DNA of 64,000 nucleotides, from IMG/VR virus record IMGVR_UViG_3300021400_000154, positions 32,001 to 96,000 of that record, one strand, 5' to 3'. The position numbers were made by a program, and so were the translations under genes. Position 1 is the first letter of the stretch. Each line of letters starts with the position of its first letter. Source of the stretch: a virus. Its lineage: Duplodnaviria > Caudoviricetes. Positions 21,501-35,029 of this stretch are shown here, piece after piece. The notes below the pieces were generated by a model that was given only the letters and a program-made list of their open reading frames with translations, ran no database searches and was not told the origin of the DNA.

Positions 21501-24500
21501 CATTAAGAGGAAGACTTCGTGATTATGTAAAAAACACAATAACTGCAAGAGCTGGTAAAACCGGGCAACGTGATGCGTCTTTAATACCAGAACCTTTGCC
21601 AGCAAATCAAAAAATAGGGCCAAGAGTTTTTGCAGATCAAATGTTCAGAGCTGCTCAGCAGCAGATCGAATTAGGAATGGTCTCTAGAGCTCAAGACGCT
21701 TTATCCCAACTTCCTTGGATTGACCCAGAAATAGTTAGACAATATGGGCAAGCGAATGCAGACTTAGCCATGCAATATGACGTAGATTCGACTTTTTTGA
21801 AGACAGGCGTATTGGCGAACTGGACTCAGGCCTCAAAAAATGCAAGGTATTTAGGCAGACCTTTCAGTCATGTATATAAAGACCTTGTTGGAGCTATCCA
21901 AGAAGGAGATTATTCGAAAATAAGAAAAATGTAGGAGTTGAACTTTCCAAGTCGGTATCATGCTTTGACGGCTTAGATGATGGAAAGTTTATACCAGAAT
22001 CCAATAAGTAACACAGCTATTGACAAAATGATTGCTGCTCAAGAAGATTTAGAAGGAATACCTCAGCTTGAACAAGGAGAGCTATATCAACGAAGTCAAG
22101 CCGCGTTCTTAAGAGAAAACATACGAGTGATGTAGCAATTACTCTCTTCAAGAGCTGGTTTTGTTTCAACCGAAGATTTTGAAAACCTTGGAGCAAAAGC
22201 AAAAAAGTGGCAAGCTGACGTCCAAACAGAGCTTGCTCGACCTGGCATAGACGAAAAAAGAAAGAAAGTTCTTTTGGAGAATTTGGGACTTGCACAACAG
22301 CAACAATACCGTTTAGATCGCTTAAGACAGTTCGGTGTTATTGAAGGAGCTACAGACGGTTATGTTAGCTTGTTTAAAAACACTAGAGGCACTTCTGGAT
22401 AGTCTGTTTTTAGTGTTGCGCAACAGCAAGCCACGGATGCAGAAGCAGCTGAGGTTGCGGCAAGAGTTGGCGCCAATCCAACAATGATAGCAGCGATGAG
22501 AACTGCTGCGGAGAATGCGCAAATCGCTGACGCTAAACGAAAAGCCGAGAGCGCGAGATATAGTTTCTCTCAGTTGGCTCTGTTGGATAAAAGCCCTGAA
22601 GAATGGTTTAATCGGTACATAGCTAAATCAAGCGAAACAGAAATGACGCCAGCAATACATATTGGCAACGTTGTTGATAAACTTACGACAGAATGGGGTT
22701 ACAGGAGACTAGCTGAACAAAAAGGGCAAGGAAAAATGCTTACTCCTGATGAGTTTGAAAAAATGTTTGTTGCCTTGTTTACAGGAAACTTTGATCCATC
22801 TTCTTTTATAAGCGGTTTTGACGAGCGCGAACGCAATAAGTTTACAGATGCGGCGAAAAGGCTTGGTTTTCAAAATGGAATGGAACATCCATCTGACAGA
22901 TATAGAAATGCTTTAGCATATGTTAGAGCGATGCCTTTCATGTTGCCAGATGAGGAAATATTGGAATGGGATGATAATGGAGAGAAAAAACCATCTGTTC
23001 AAGTACGCGTTCGCCCTGATTTCGGAACAACTCCTTCGGGAAGCAGGGTAAATAGTATTGGTTTTGTAGACTTGATCACGAGAAATAAACATACAGGTCA
23101 GATTACAGAATGGGACACAAAAGCAAATAGCGACCAAGAAGGACGTACTGGAGGCATCAATCAAGTATATTCTTATAGTACAGATCCTGCCTTCCAGCCT
23201 TCTCATATTGGAATCTTAGCGTACAATGATCCTGAACACACGGTAACACAGCTTCCTTTTTCTAAAGAAAGACAAGATGAAGTCCGAGCTATGACTAGGG
23301 ATATTCTTGCTCAACGTTTTTTAATCGCTGAGCATGGAGACAGTTGGGATTTTATTCGGAATCAGTTCTATCCAGGAATGAACGAAGCAGCAGAACGCAC
23401 GCAAACTGAAGCCGAACATCAACAAAGTAGATCTTTTATGGAACAAGGAACTGGAATGGCAATGGCCAAAGCAATGACGTTGCAAAATGATATCACAGAA
23501 TATGAACAACGCATGCAACAAATAACACAACAACTACAAAATGGATTAAGGCGTAGAAGCGGGGATCAAACAGATAATCCTTGGGAGTCTTTTGATGCGC
23601 AGTTGAATGCTTCATTTGATGCAAGAAGACGACAGTTGGTAAAAAGGGGAGCCAACAAAGAAGATTTGGTAGGTTTAGACGAAGAGAGAAGAAAAGCTGC
23701 GGAAATGTTCGACAAAGCTTTAATGGAAGCGGCCGGTGGAGAAAAATCCGATATCGTTCAAACAATAAACGCGCTAAATGATTAGTTCGCTAAGCGACGG
23801 TCTGATTCCGGTTTGACAACTTACATTCAGGAATTTGAGGGCATTGAAAAGGCAGTTAAATAGGCTACTATGGCGTTTGACGTGTTTGAACAAAAGATGG
23901 CAAAAAAGAAGAACTTGTCGCAGAAAGATCAAGAAGCTCTCGACCGTGGAAGACAGCAAAGAGAAGAGCTTACTGGTTTGGCAGACATACAAAGGCGCGC
24001 TATATAGGAAGAGGCAAAACGGAAAGCATTGTCGCAAATAGAAGATTTTGCAATAGATCAAGGTACCATGGAAATGACTCCAGAAATAAGAATGCAGCGT
24101 ATCAAACAAAAAAGGGCAGAAGAACTGATGCGTACTCAGTTAGCCATAGGAGAGTTAAAAGATAAAGGCCTTTTATCGGAAAAAGATTTCGAATCAATGT
24201 CTAGCAGTATTACTGATATGCTTGGCGATCAATAGCTGGGTGCTTTTGCTGCGCGCGCTGAACGAATCCGACTTGGATTAGAAACAAAAACGCCTGAACA
24301 AATGAGTCAGGAGCGTTTGAGAGATATTCGAGCAGCGATTGCAGCATAGGTTGAATCTGGAGGAGACAGTCCTGAAGTTGCCGCAGCAAGAGAAAGAAAA
24401 CGTGCAGCTGATAAAGCTTTGGAACAAGCACAACAACAAGCTGCGGAAGCGCAACAGGCAGCGGGTGGTAAAACAGTTACAGCTGAAGATGTAGCGGCGG

Positions 24501-27500
24501 CAAATGCTACAGTAGTATCAGCAAAGTCCAGACTTAAACAGTTGCAATAGGAAAGAGATCGAATAAGTACAGATATACAAACCCGCACATCTGCTCTTAC
24601 AGGAACTCAGGCTGAACAAAAAGCTCGTCGAGATGCTCTTCAGTAGGCATATGGCGAAGCGAAATCAGCCTATGAGCAAGTTGTAGCTGCCCGCCCTGCA
24701 GACGGAAGTAAGGCTCTCGAGGAGAAAAAGGCAGCTTTGCAGGCAGATTTAGAAAAGCGAAAGAAGATTGGTACTCCGGAGCAAGCGGAAGAAGCTTTAG
24801 CGCGAGAAAAAGCAGAATTAGAGAGACTTACTGCAGCAAGCGGAACTGCATAGCAATCTCTGAAACAAGCCCGCGCAAGCCAAACAATAATGGATCAAAG
24901 AAAGGAACAGCAGGATATTATTACAGCTGCGACAAAGGATTTAGAAAAACTCAAGCCAGATCAGGAAAGAATAACAGAGGCACACACTAAAGCTAAGGCA
25001 GCCAGAGCTGCTGAAAAAATACATAAATTACAACCCCAACTTGGTGGGAAAACCCCGGAAGAAATCTTGCAAGAAGAAGAAGACGCCAAAAAGGAACTTG
25101 AACAGGCTCAGAAAGAAAAACAAAGAGCAGAGCATGATGCAACTGCTTATTGGGGTAGCCGAAAGAGGAAGGGTTTGAGTCAACAAGGCGACTTTAAGGC
25201 AATACGTGGAGAGCTTTTAGATCACCTTAGTAAACTCAGTCCCACAGAGCTGAAAGACCTTGGGTTTATATAGCTTGCACCTGATAAAATGGACGAGGAT
25301 GCATTGGCCTCTACCCTCAAATACAACGCTGGTGCTTTTTCTAGATCTCGCGACACATCCCTTTCAGGACTTGCAGCTTAGTTTGTTGAAGCCTGGAAAG
25401 CGGAGAAAGATTTCCGACCGATTTCAGGAAGAGTAGAGGAAGCACAAGGGAGAGCCGCAACAGCTCAAGCAGCAGTAAAAGGACTTGAACAAAAGGCCGA
25501 AGCAGCAAGGAAAATACAAGATCTTTTGCGTGATACTCCTGGAGCTAAAGAAATGCTGTCAAAAACAGACGAAGAACTCGCCGGCTTTAAAGAAGCGGAA
25601 GATGCTCAGAGCGTATCCGAGAAATAGCAAGCAGCACAACAAAAGATAAGCGCAGCTTTGCAAGAGTTAGCTAAACTTCCTGAACCTAAAGAAGTTGATG
25701 TCAAAGGGAAACAACAAGAAGCTGCCGAAGCGGCTGGAGCAGTGGATGCTCAAAAATTGAAGGTTGAAGCAGCAGAACAAAGATTAAAAGACGCTAGAGA
25801 ACTGGACACACGAATCAGAAGTTTTCCCACTCTGACAGAGCTAGAGGAACAAATCGAAGCCGAAGGGCAAAAGCAGACCGATGCTGCCGAAGCAGAACGC
25901 AAAGCAAAAGAAAGAATGGATCAAGCACAAGAAGCGTTAACTGCAGCTACGCCACAAGACACTACAACAGCTCAATCAGAGATCGCAAGCTTGAAACAAC
26001 AGCAAGCCCAAAACCAAACGCAGATAGAAGCTCAACAGGCAGTAGTAGCACAGGCGGAAGCAAACCTTGCGGCAACAAATGCTGCTGCTCAAAACCCTGA
26101 TGAACGGATAGCCAATGCGAATGCAGCTGTTGAGAATGCGCAAAATGAAGCAAACCAAGCAGCCCAGGATCTGGAAGACGCAATAAAGAAACAGGATTCC
26201 ACTGCGAATCAAAGTATTGACGAGCAAATGAAACCCCATGTTGAAAGAGAAAACCAAAAGCTTGAAAGAATCCGTCGGAAAAGCGAGCGCGCCAGAGAAG
26301 ATTTCAGGCGTATGCTTACCGGCGAAACATTGACTCCAGAGGAAAGAGCTGCCAGGTCTGAAGAAGACATTAAATTCGCGCTTCAGGAAGCAAGAGACAA
26401 AATGTATGAAGATGGCAATCAAGATTGGCAAAAGCTTGATGAGATCCTTGGCAATGATAGTATGTGGGCATAGTTCAGGCAGCGTACTTAGCAACAGGAA
26501 AAGACCATGGACCAGCTTGCTCAGAACGATCTCGAGCGTACTGCTCAAGACCTGCAGAACAGAATAACCGGACACATGGAAACGAAGGAAGAAATGGAGA
26601 ACAGAGCGATCCAGACGTTCAGGGATCAAATCATTCAGAAGCGTGATGCAGCGAAGAAGAAAGGATTGGATACTTAGGCTTATGACAGGATGCTTGAGAA
26701 GGATGAGAATGGACAAGAACAGCTCAGAGGCGATTTACAGGGTGCCATCAAGGAGCAAACGGATTTACAGAGACAACAACAGATCGCTCAGCGGAGAATG
26801 CAGAATCTCGGTATTCTCAGGCGCGTATCTGGTTTCACAAGCACGACAGATGCCGCTGCTCAATATGAAGCTCAGAAGCAACAGGACCGTATTGCTTTTA
26901 AGAATGCAAGAGACAAAGCTGAAAATACAGCGGAAGCAGAACGCACAGAGCAAGATCGTGCTCTCCTGGCGATGACCGAAAAGGATTGGGAACGGCAATA
27001 CGACGAGCAGAATCTTGGAATGCAAGGGCTTGGTACAAGGGACGCTGCGAGAAAAAAAGCACAAGACGATTACCGCAATAATAAGGGTTATATTCAAGAA
27101 ATCCAAAACAGCGCCTTGTAGGATACAGAAAAGGCAGCAAGACTTGCAAGATTTTCCAGGTATCTGGGACAAGACAGACAGCTTATTTCCGAGGAAGATT
27201 ATGTCAATCAGGAACTGTAGTTATTTGATGAAAGAGCTGATATAGCAAGAAGAAATGCTTTGCAAGGTATAGATCAAGCGGCTGATGCTTCTATGCAATA
27301 CAGGTTAGGAAAGCTTTCTAGTGGGCGGCGTGCGTTAACTAGCTTTGGTATGACGTCGCAAATGGAGCTTTCAAGGCGTTTATCAGCTTTCAATCAATCT
27401 GCTGCCGCGCGCAGGAGTAGCGTCTCTTTATCTTCAAAAATCAAAGAAACAGAGACAGAGCTCGCCTCGCTCACAGATGCAGACAAAGAAAAAAGAGCTA

Positions 27501-30500
27501 CTCTTGAAGCCAGGCTACAAGCTTTGCGCGATCAACAATCATTAGCTGATACGCAGTCTGAAGAAGCAGAGCAGAGAGCTCTCGGAAAAAACAAAAAGTA
27601 TCAAGCCGCAAGAGGAAAATACGATCTCGCAAGACAAGCTTACGATGCCGCGTTGAAAAACAATGATTCTGATTAGATGGCAAACGCAGCACAAGGTATG
27701 CGCGACGCCGAATAGGAAATGCAAAGAATCGCGGCAACATCTATAAGCGCGCGAGCTTCCCTCTCTGCTCTTGGGCAAACGTTTGCTAGGGTTGGCATGC
27801 AGTTCGGAAGGCGCATATTCCAGGCAGCCATTCGTGAAGCGACTCAGTTTGTCAAAGTATATGATCAAACCATGCATCAGATTCAAGCCATAACCATGAA
27901 ATCCAACCAGGAGATGGCTACAGTCAGATCTTCTACGATAACTCAAGCTATAGGTTTAAAAACCTCTGCGACAAACGTTGCACAGGTCAAATCAGAGTTA
28001 TATCGGCAAGGGTTATCTGATTCGCAAGTTAATGACAGAACTGATTCGATTATAAAGTTTTCTGCTGTCACAGGGATGAAGGCAACGCAAGCAACAAAAG
28101 CTCTCACTACGGCGTTGCAAAGCGGACTTGTTAATAATATTCATGAGGCAATGGACGCGATGGTCGCTCTGGGCGATAGCGCAGCAACGACAGCTGAAGA
28201 AATAGCAAAAGGTATGCAAAAATCTGCTGCGGCTGCAAAAGTTGCAGGCGTGTCTTACGGTGAACTGACATCCATGTTAACAGTTATCACCAGCAAAACT
28301 CAGCTTGGCGGCAATCAAGCAGGCACAGCGCTTCAAACGATATTCAGCCGGATGCGCAGAGTAACAAACGAAGGTATAACCAGTGATGAAGGCGGAGAAA
28401 TCACAAGCGTCAATGATGTCGAAGAATCTCTTCAACGTGTTGGCATTTCTATGAGAACAGACGCTAACAGTTTCAGAGATACGTTGGATATCCTTCGCGA
28501 TCTTGCAAAAGTTTGGAATGATTTGAATGACATACAGAAGAACAATATCATGTATAATATGGCTGGCGCAAGACAGAGCAATATGTTCTCTGCTTTAATG
28601 GAAGGATTGGCTGATGATAATGGTAAGACATTTGATAAATATCTTGGGCTTACTGAGGATAGTGATGGGATAACTCAGAGCAAATACGAAATCGTAATAT
28701 CAAACATCAATGCAGAACTCGACGAACTGAAAACCACATTCGACGGGCTTGTAGAAGCAGTCACAAACAATGGATTGTTAACGTTCTTCATCGACCTCGC
28801 AACAACCATTACTGGTTTTGTCGCAGGAGTTTCCGATGGATTAGGAGCTATCCCTTAGCTTCTCTGGGCTATTGCTGCTGTGTTAGACGTGGTGAAGATT
28901 AAAAGCGCTGCAGTGGCCGTATTCAAAGGATTGGCGAATCCTGCTACGTTAATAGGGCCGATTTTAGGCCTTCTGGCTGTTGCAGGAGTAGGCGCTTTGG
29001 GATCACACATAAGTGGATCAAGAAAAGCAACAGAACAAAATACTGAACTGAAACGACAAGCCGATTCTGACTTTCTAGAACATGCATCCAGTGTTCGTAC
29101 GGATAGCATAGAAAAAGTGGAAAAAGCACTTGACAAAGTAAAGCAAATGCAAAAGATAGATGTCGATATGGAAACAGAAGAAGCCCAAAAAGCGCTGGAA
29201 GATCTCAAAAGAAGCACAAAGGCGATAGGTGGCAATATCTCTGATTGGCCAAATGCCGTAAGAGAGGCTACAAAAGCTATAAATGAAGCGAGAAAAGAAA
29301 GTGCACTATTTTTACTCGGACTTGGGGATACTGGGGCAAAGGATCTCCAGACAAAATATAATAATAATGTTTAGACATATAATGGTGCCATCTAGTAGTC
29401 TGATTTTGAAGACGGCGGTATATTATATGGCAGATCAATTTTCCAGGGTATATCTCAAAAGGACTTAAAACCTTACTCAACACAAGACGGTAAAGGCGGC
29501 TATACTTACGAAAGCTTGATAAATGATCATTAGAAACTTGACATGAAAGCGCCTCGTAAATCTATGACTTATAGAGATGCGATGAAACAAGATTTAGAAA
29601 ACATTGGTATAAAGACAGAGGGGCTGTAGGACACAGACTTGATCGATTTGCACGGTGTATACTATTACAGTGGCCTTTCCCAAAACTTTAGGCGCGTTAA
29701 ATACAACAAGAATGCAGGCAATCAAAATCGTGATAACCAGGAATATGCTTACGAATTTTTTAAACAGCTTTCTGACAACACAAATCAGCAAAATATAACC
29801 ACTTCATCATTGAAACGTGTAGAATCATGGTTTGATCTGTGGACTAAAACAGCAGGATATGAAAACTTTATGAATGCTCATGGTGGACATATAGGTTCAT
29901 ATACAGCAGGTGGTTCCTTTGAAGACTTTGCATCTGTTATGGCAAAACAACAATACGAAGGAGTTAGAAATGAAGTTATTGGGTTATGGGATTAGGACGA
30001 AACAAGAAACGAAATCGCAACAAGAGCTGCTGAAGAAAATGAAATTCTGTCTAATATGGACAGCTTGTTCGTTCAGTCGCTTATGACTAACGATGATGCA
30101 TATGGGCCAGCTGTAAAACTTTGGACTTAGGGTAACGAAAAGTTTAAGGATCGCATTGTTTCCGAATTTCTTGATTACGCAAAGGACCAAGGTATTACGC
30201 CGAATTATACAAATGTTAAAGAGTGGCTAATGAAACAAATTGAAACTTATACTTCTGATGAATTCCTGCGGATGTATGGGTCTCCCGAAGACTTTGAGTA
30301 TTATTATTCAGATTCAGAAGGCAATCCATTGTTTGGTGCGCATGATTTATAGCGAGAAGCAATCCTTGAGGCGTACAACGAAGAAGTTGCGCTTGCCGAG
30401 AAAAACGGTAACACCAAACGGGTTGAGGTACTTAAAGCGCTGCAAGAAGAAGTAAGTAAGTATAATCCTTTGAAGACAAACAAAATATATACGTCATCAG

Positions 30501-33500
30501 GGGCGCAAGTTGGCGGTACTATTGGAAGTATTTTCGGAAGCACGAATCTTTCTTCTAAAGACTTGGGATACAGAACTGAATACGCACAACTGCTTGCGAT
30601 GGCTAACGGAGTAACAGACTATGACGCATTTAAAAATACAGAAGGATACACGACATTGACGGCTCTCGCGCAAAACGATACTGCTCTGACGACTTTAATG
30701 CAAGATGCTAATACCGGACGAGCTGGCCTTGCTGATATTATTGACTATCTTGAGAAAAAAGTCTATGGCGAAAACTATATACAAACAACAGCGTCTTCAG
30801 GTAGGGCCATATCTGAAAATAGACTTGATATTGCAGCGCTTAAAGATGAAACTAGTCCTTTGCCTGCTTCTGTTGCCAAGCGCGTCGCAAGCGCGATTAA
30901 TCAAAACGAATCGTATGTTTATCAAAATAGACAGGCCGCTGCAGCTATGCTTGAGTAGACTACCGATCAAAACCAACGTGGTCTTGAGACAAAAGCTCGT
31001 GGATGGATAAGCGATCTATATCGGTTTGCGTAGAGAGAAGATATGCTTAAGGACTTAAGAAAGAACTATTAGAAAATGTCTGACGAAGAAATAGCAACGA
31101 TGTATGGGAGCTGGGGCATTACAAACAGATCGATGGCTGCGGCTGTTTCCAATAACAGTAAAGTCCTTAGTTCTGATTAGGAAGCAATGAATTATATCCA
31201 AGCTCTTGCTGCCCAGCTTCCTGGATTTGAATATGATAAGCAAACTGGCGGAATCAAGTTTACAGGTATGGATGTAAAAGGTTATGAAGATGTTTTGTCT
31301 TTTGCTCCCGTTATAACAAATCATGATGTAAGAGACCTTGCTGAGACAATGTTGAATGGTGCGGAAGGGAAAACGTGGAACGATTTTGTTAATAAAGCCA
31401 ATCAAGATATAGCAAGACAGTTAATGCAGCAAAATCCTGAACTGTTCACGTATATGACGATGACTGATGCTCAACGAAGAACAGAGGAAGGACAAGCCGC
31501 ATATTATACTGCAAGACAGCAACTTCTTACGTCTGAACTCCAAACGCTTGAAAAAATCGGGCAAATCCTTCCAGAGGCCACTCAAGTTGCACAACAACTT
31601 TCGAGCGGATCTTATGGAGATCAGATTGCAGGCATTAGTGGTTTTGGGTCTATGGTGCAAAGCTATGGTTAGATAGTTGCTCTTAGGCAGAAAATATCTT
31701 AGATGACAAACTTAAGCGATGAAGAATGGAAATAGCAAGGCGGAGAAGCCTACGTCAACAAGCTAGCCACGATGTTAGGATTGGATCCTTAGCTTTTTGA
31801 CAAGAGTAATGTTGACGAACTGCTTGAGCAGGGCAAAAAGAAAGCAGACAAAATATCTAACGGTTTGCAACAAATTATTGAATCTGTATTCGACATAGAT
31901 TTATCCAACTACGACAATCTGGAAGGCGTTATCGCTAAGCTCGAAGAAAGCGGAGACGCGTTATCAAGCTTTTTTGCCATACTATTAAGATCCCTTTCTG
32001 ATGTATATGGGTTAAAGATAAATGATCAGCACGAGCTCGATGTGGAAGGCAACGGCATTTAGGGAGCTCAAATATTCCAAAGTGCAGACGAAGAAGAGTC
32101 TTATTCGGATAAAGTCATAGGGAGAGACGCGTTAGCCGCGTTCTCAAGCCAAGCAAGAATAGCTTCGACTTCTGAAACACCTCAAACTATTGGCGATGTA
32201 GTTGGTTGGCTTGTGCAGCAAGGGATTATCTCTGAGACAAATCAGATGAAAAATATGCCTGGTTTTGCTGGACTATTAAACAAATACGGCGCAAACAAGG
32301 TTATTACTCCTGATATTGCGGACGAAATAGAGACGCTTACTCCATGGTCTTAGATGCTGGTTAACACGGAGTATGGCCGAAACGCTGATTTGTTTAGCAC
32401 AGCATTGAACGAAGATGGTACAATAAATCAAGATAGATTAAAGGCAATCTATAAGTCAGATGTCGATGGTTCATTTACTTCTTGGGCAGGCGACTTAACG
32501 TACTTACAAGATGCCATAAATGGTGTCGATGGCGCGATGGAAAAACTCAACAATGAAATCTATTACAAAGGTTTACGCGCCACACATGCATTTGGAGAAA
32601 ATACAGAAGAGATTGTTGATGGTATGGCAGACATGAATAAAGGTTTAATCCAGGCTACAAACAGATTCACCAAGTTCAATGAGACAACGACAAAAGCTCT
32701 AAACAACAAATATTACATCAATATGTGGAAAAAGGGAAACAGAGATTCGAAAGTTGTAGATTACATTTCTTAGCTAACGAAGATGGATAAAGAAATGGTC
32801 AGCTCCCGAAAGTATGACGCTCAAATTAATACATTGTTGGAATCTATTGAGCTTGGTGATATTAGCGCTATTGAAACAGAAGGCACTACTCTTATGGGAA
32901 GTTTAGGAGAACAGCTTCAAGGGATGCTTGACAAAGAAACGATGACTCTGCATCTGAATAATGTCGATGTGGATCTTTCAGAGGGATAGTACAATGTAGA
33001 TTTTAAAGATGTGAATACTAGGCTTGCAGGCATAATCAAAGATCAGCAAATGGCAATGATCAATACGCTGATGCAAGCTGGCGTCAAAGGCCACCTGGAA
33101 GTGTCTGGCAGCGGCGACAACATCGTTGTTCAAATGGTAATAGACGATATGGGCGAAGGTGTTAAACACACTGGTGGCGGTGGCGGTGGAGGTAAGTCAG
33201 CCGCTCAAAAACTGATTGATCGACTCAAACATAAAGACTCTGAGGCTGATCATCGCCTTAAAATGTTGCAATATGAGGAGACAAGATACGAGAATGCTGG
33301 AGAGATCACCAACGTCAACGCGTTAATAGGCCAGGAAAACACGCTTCGCGAAGAACTCAATAAAAAATATGAGGAAAACATTGAAAAGTTAAAAGAGCAG
33401 ATGGCGAAGACAAAGAAAAACACAGACGACTGGTACAGCCTGCGGGATGCCATCATGTCCTACGAGGAAAAGATCAAAGAATCGAATAACGCAATAGAAG

Positions 33501-34969
33501 AGAACAACCGGAAGATTGAGGAGAATCTGCAGAAGATTCGTAAGCTGCGCACTGCACTTGAGCAAACGGTCGAGCAGGAAATCCAGAACAGAATCAAGCG
33601 TGAACGAGATATGCTTTCCGGGACAGTTGATATGCAGAATACGGTTCTTGACGCGATCAAGCACCGGTATGAGGAAGAGTGGAAACTCGTCCAAAGGGAT
33701 ATTGACAAGAAGAAGTCTGCGCTTGAAGAAGAGAAGAACCTGATTGAGGAGCGGCTCAACAAGCGCAAGGAAGCAGAAGATGAAGCCCAGAAGTACGAGG
33801 AGCTTGCGGAACTTCGCAGACAGTATGCGCTGATCTCCATGGACTCCACCAGAACAAAAGATGCAACAGAGATGCGCAAGAAGATCACGGACATGGAGAA
33901 GGAGCTCGCCTATAAGTCAGCGGAAGACGAAGTGAAAGCGCGGCAGAATGCGCTTGACGAACAGATTAACGCTTACGACAAGTATACTGAGAACGGCGAA
34001 GAGGATCTTCAGATGCTGCTCGACAATGCGAATAACTTTGGCGACGAGCTCAACAAAGTTATTGGCATGAAGGACGAGGAGCTGTACAACTGGCTGATGG
34101 AAAACGTGACCGAGTACGCCAACAGCGTCAAGGAAGCGCAGAAGCAGATCATGCTTGGCTGGGAAGACACGTATAACCAGATGATTGGTTATACGCCAAC
34201 CTACTGGGATGGCTGGACTGATCTGGAAGGCAACGAGCATGCTGGTGTTTACGACATTCTGTAGAGCAGAGAATCGTATCTGGAGTTCATGAAGGAAAGC
34301 CAGGATTACCTCAACGCGTCCGAGACTGATAAGGCAGCCATGGAGTACGAACGTGGCACTGCTTACGACGAGTGGATTAACTCGCTCAAGACAGGTGCTT
34401 TCTGGGAACACTTTGATAAATGGATGGAGACGCTTGGCTTAAGTTCAGTGACTTCTGGAAACAGCGGAGGAAAAAACAAACCTGATTTGAATGACCAGTT
34501 AAAACAGTTAGGAGAAACAGCAGCCAAACTTACAGGTAGAACTGTCGCTGATCTGCTCGAGATTGAACGTAGATTCGGGTTGTATGCAGGGCAACAGTTT
34601 AACGCTGGGACAACCAATGCAAACGGTATTCCTGGAAACGCTTCCGGTGGCCTTGTCGACTACACAGGTCTTGCCTGGGTTGATGGATCGATAACGAAGC
34701 CTGAGGCGTTCCTGTCTGCTGCGGACACCGAGCTGATGCGCAACATGCTGGATGCTGCATCCTACCTTGCGTATCGTCCGACGATCAGCAATATCGACAG
34801 CAATGCTTTCGGCAAAGGCGGGATTAATATCGGAGACGTGAACATTACCATCACAGAAGCGAGTTTCAAGGAAGATGCAGACTATGAGCGGGTGGCCGAA
34901 CGGGTTGGCGCGGCATTCGTCAAAGAGCTTGGCAAGCAAGGATTCAACACAGCCAACTATGCATTCTGA
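18530..34969 (+). CDS. giant tape measure polyprotein (~5479 aa, >50 in-frame TAGs) with RNA polymerase-like and PD-(D/E)XK nuclease domains
   Basis: AGGAGG RBS and ATG 18530. All 21 long + ORF fragments from 18707 to 34289 share one frame, and every intervening stop I checked is TAG. TP901-type tape measure core at ~27800-28800 (GNQAGTALQTIFSR...NMAGARQSN); C-terminal ASGGLVDYTGLAWVDG..KPEAFL; ends in TGA. Confidence 0.85.
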
Positions 34970-34970
34970 C

Positions 34971-35010
34971 AGGCGAAAGAGGGGGAGTTCGCCTCCCCCT
35001 CTCGCCTTAT
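34971..35010 (+). terminator. GC-rich hairpin after the tape measure gene
   Basis: GAGGGGGAG-ttcgc-CTCCCCCTC stem with outer AGGCGA/TCGCCT arms; weak T tail. Confidence 0.4.
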
Positions 35011-35029
35011 AAGGAAAGAAGGTGAAGGA

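Noticed and set aside
18530-34969. Decayed prophage with a pseudogenised tape measure
   Set aside because: All fragments keep one frame, every break checked is TAG, and a cognate CUA tRNA is present; random decay would also produce TAA/TGA stops and frameshifts
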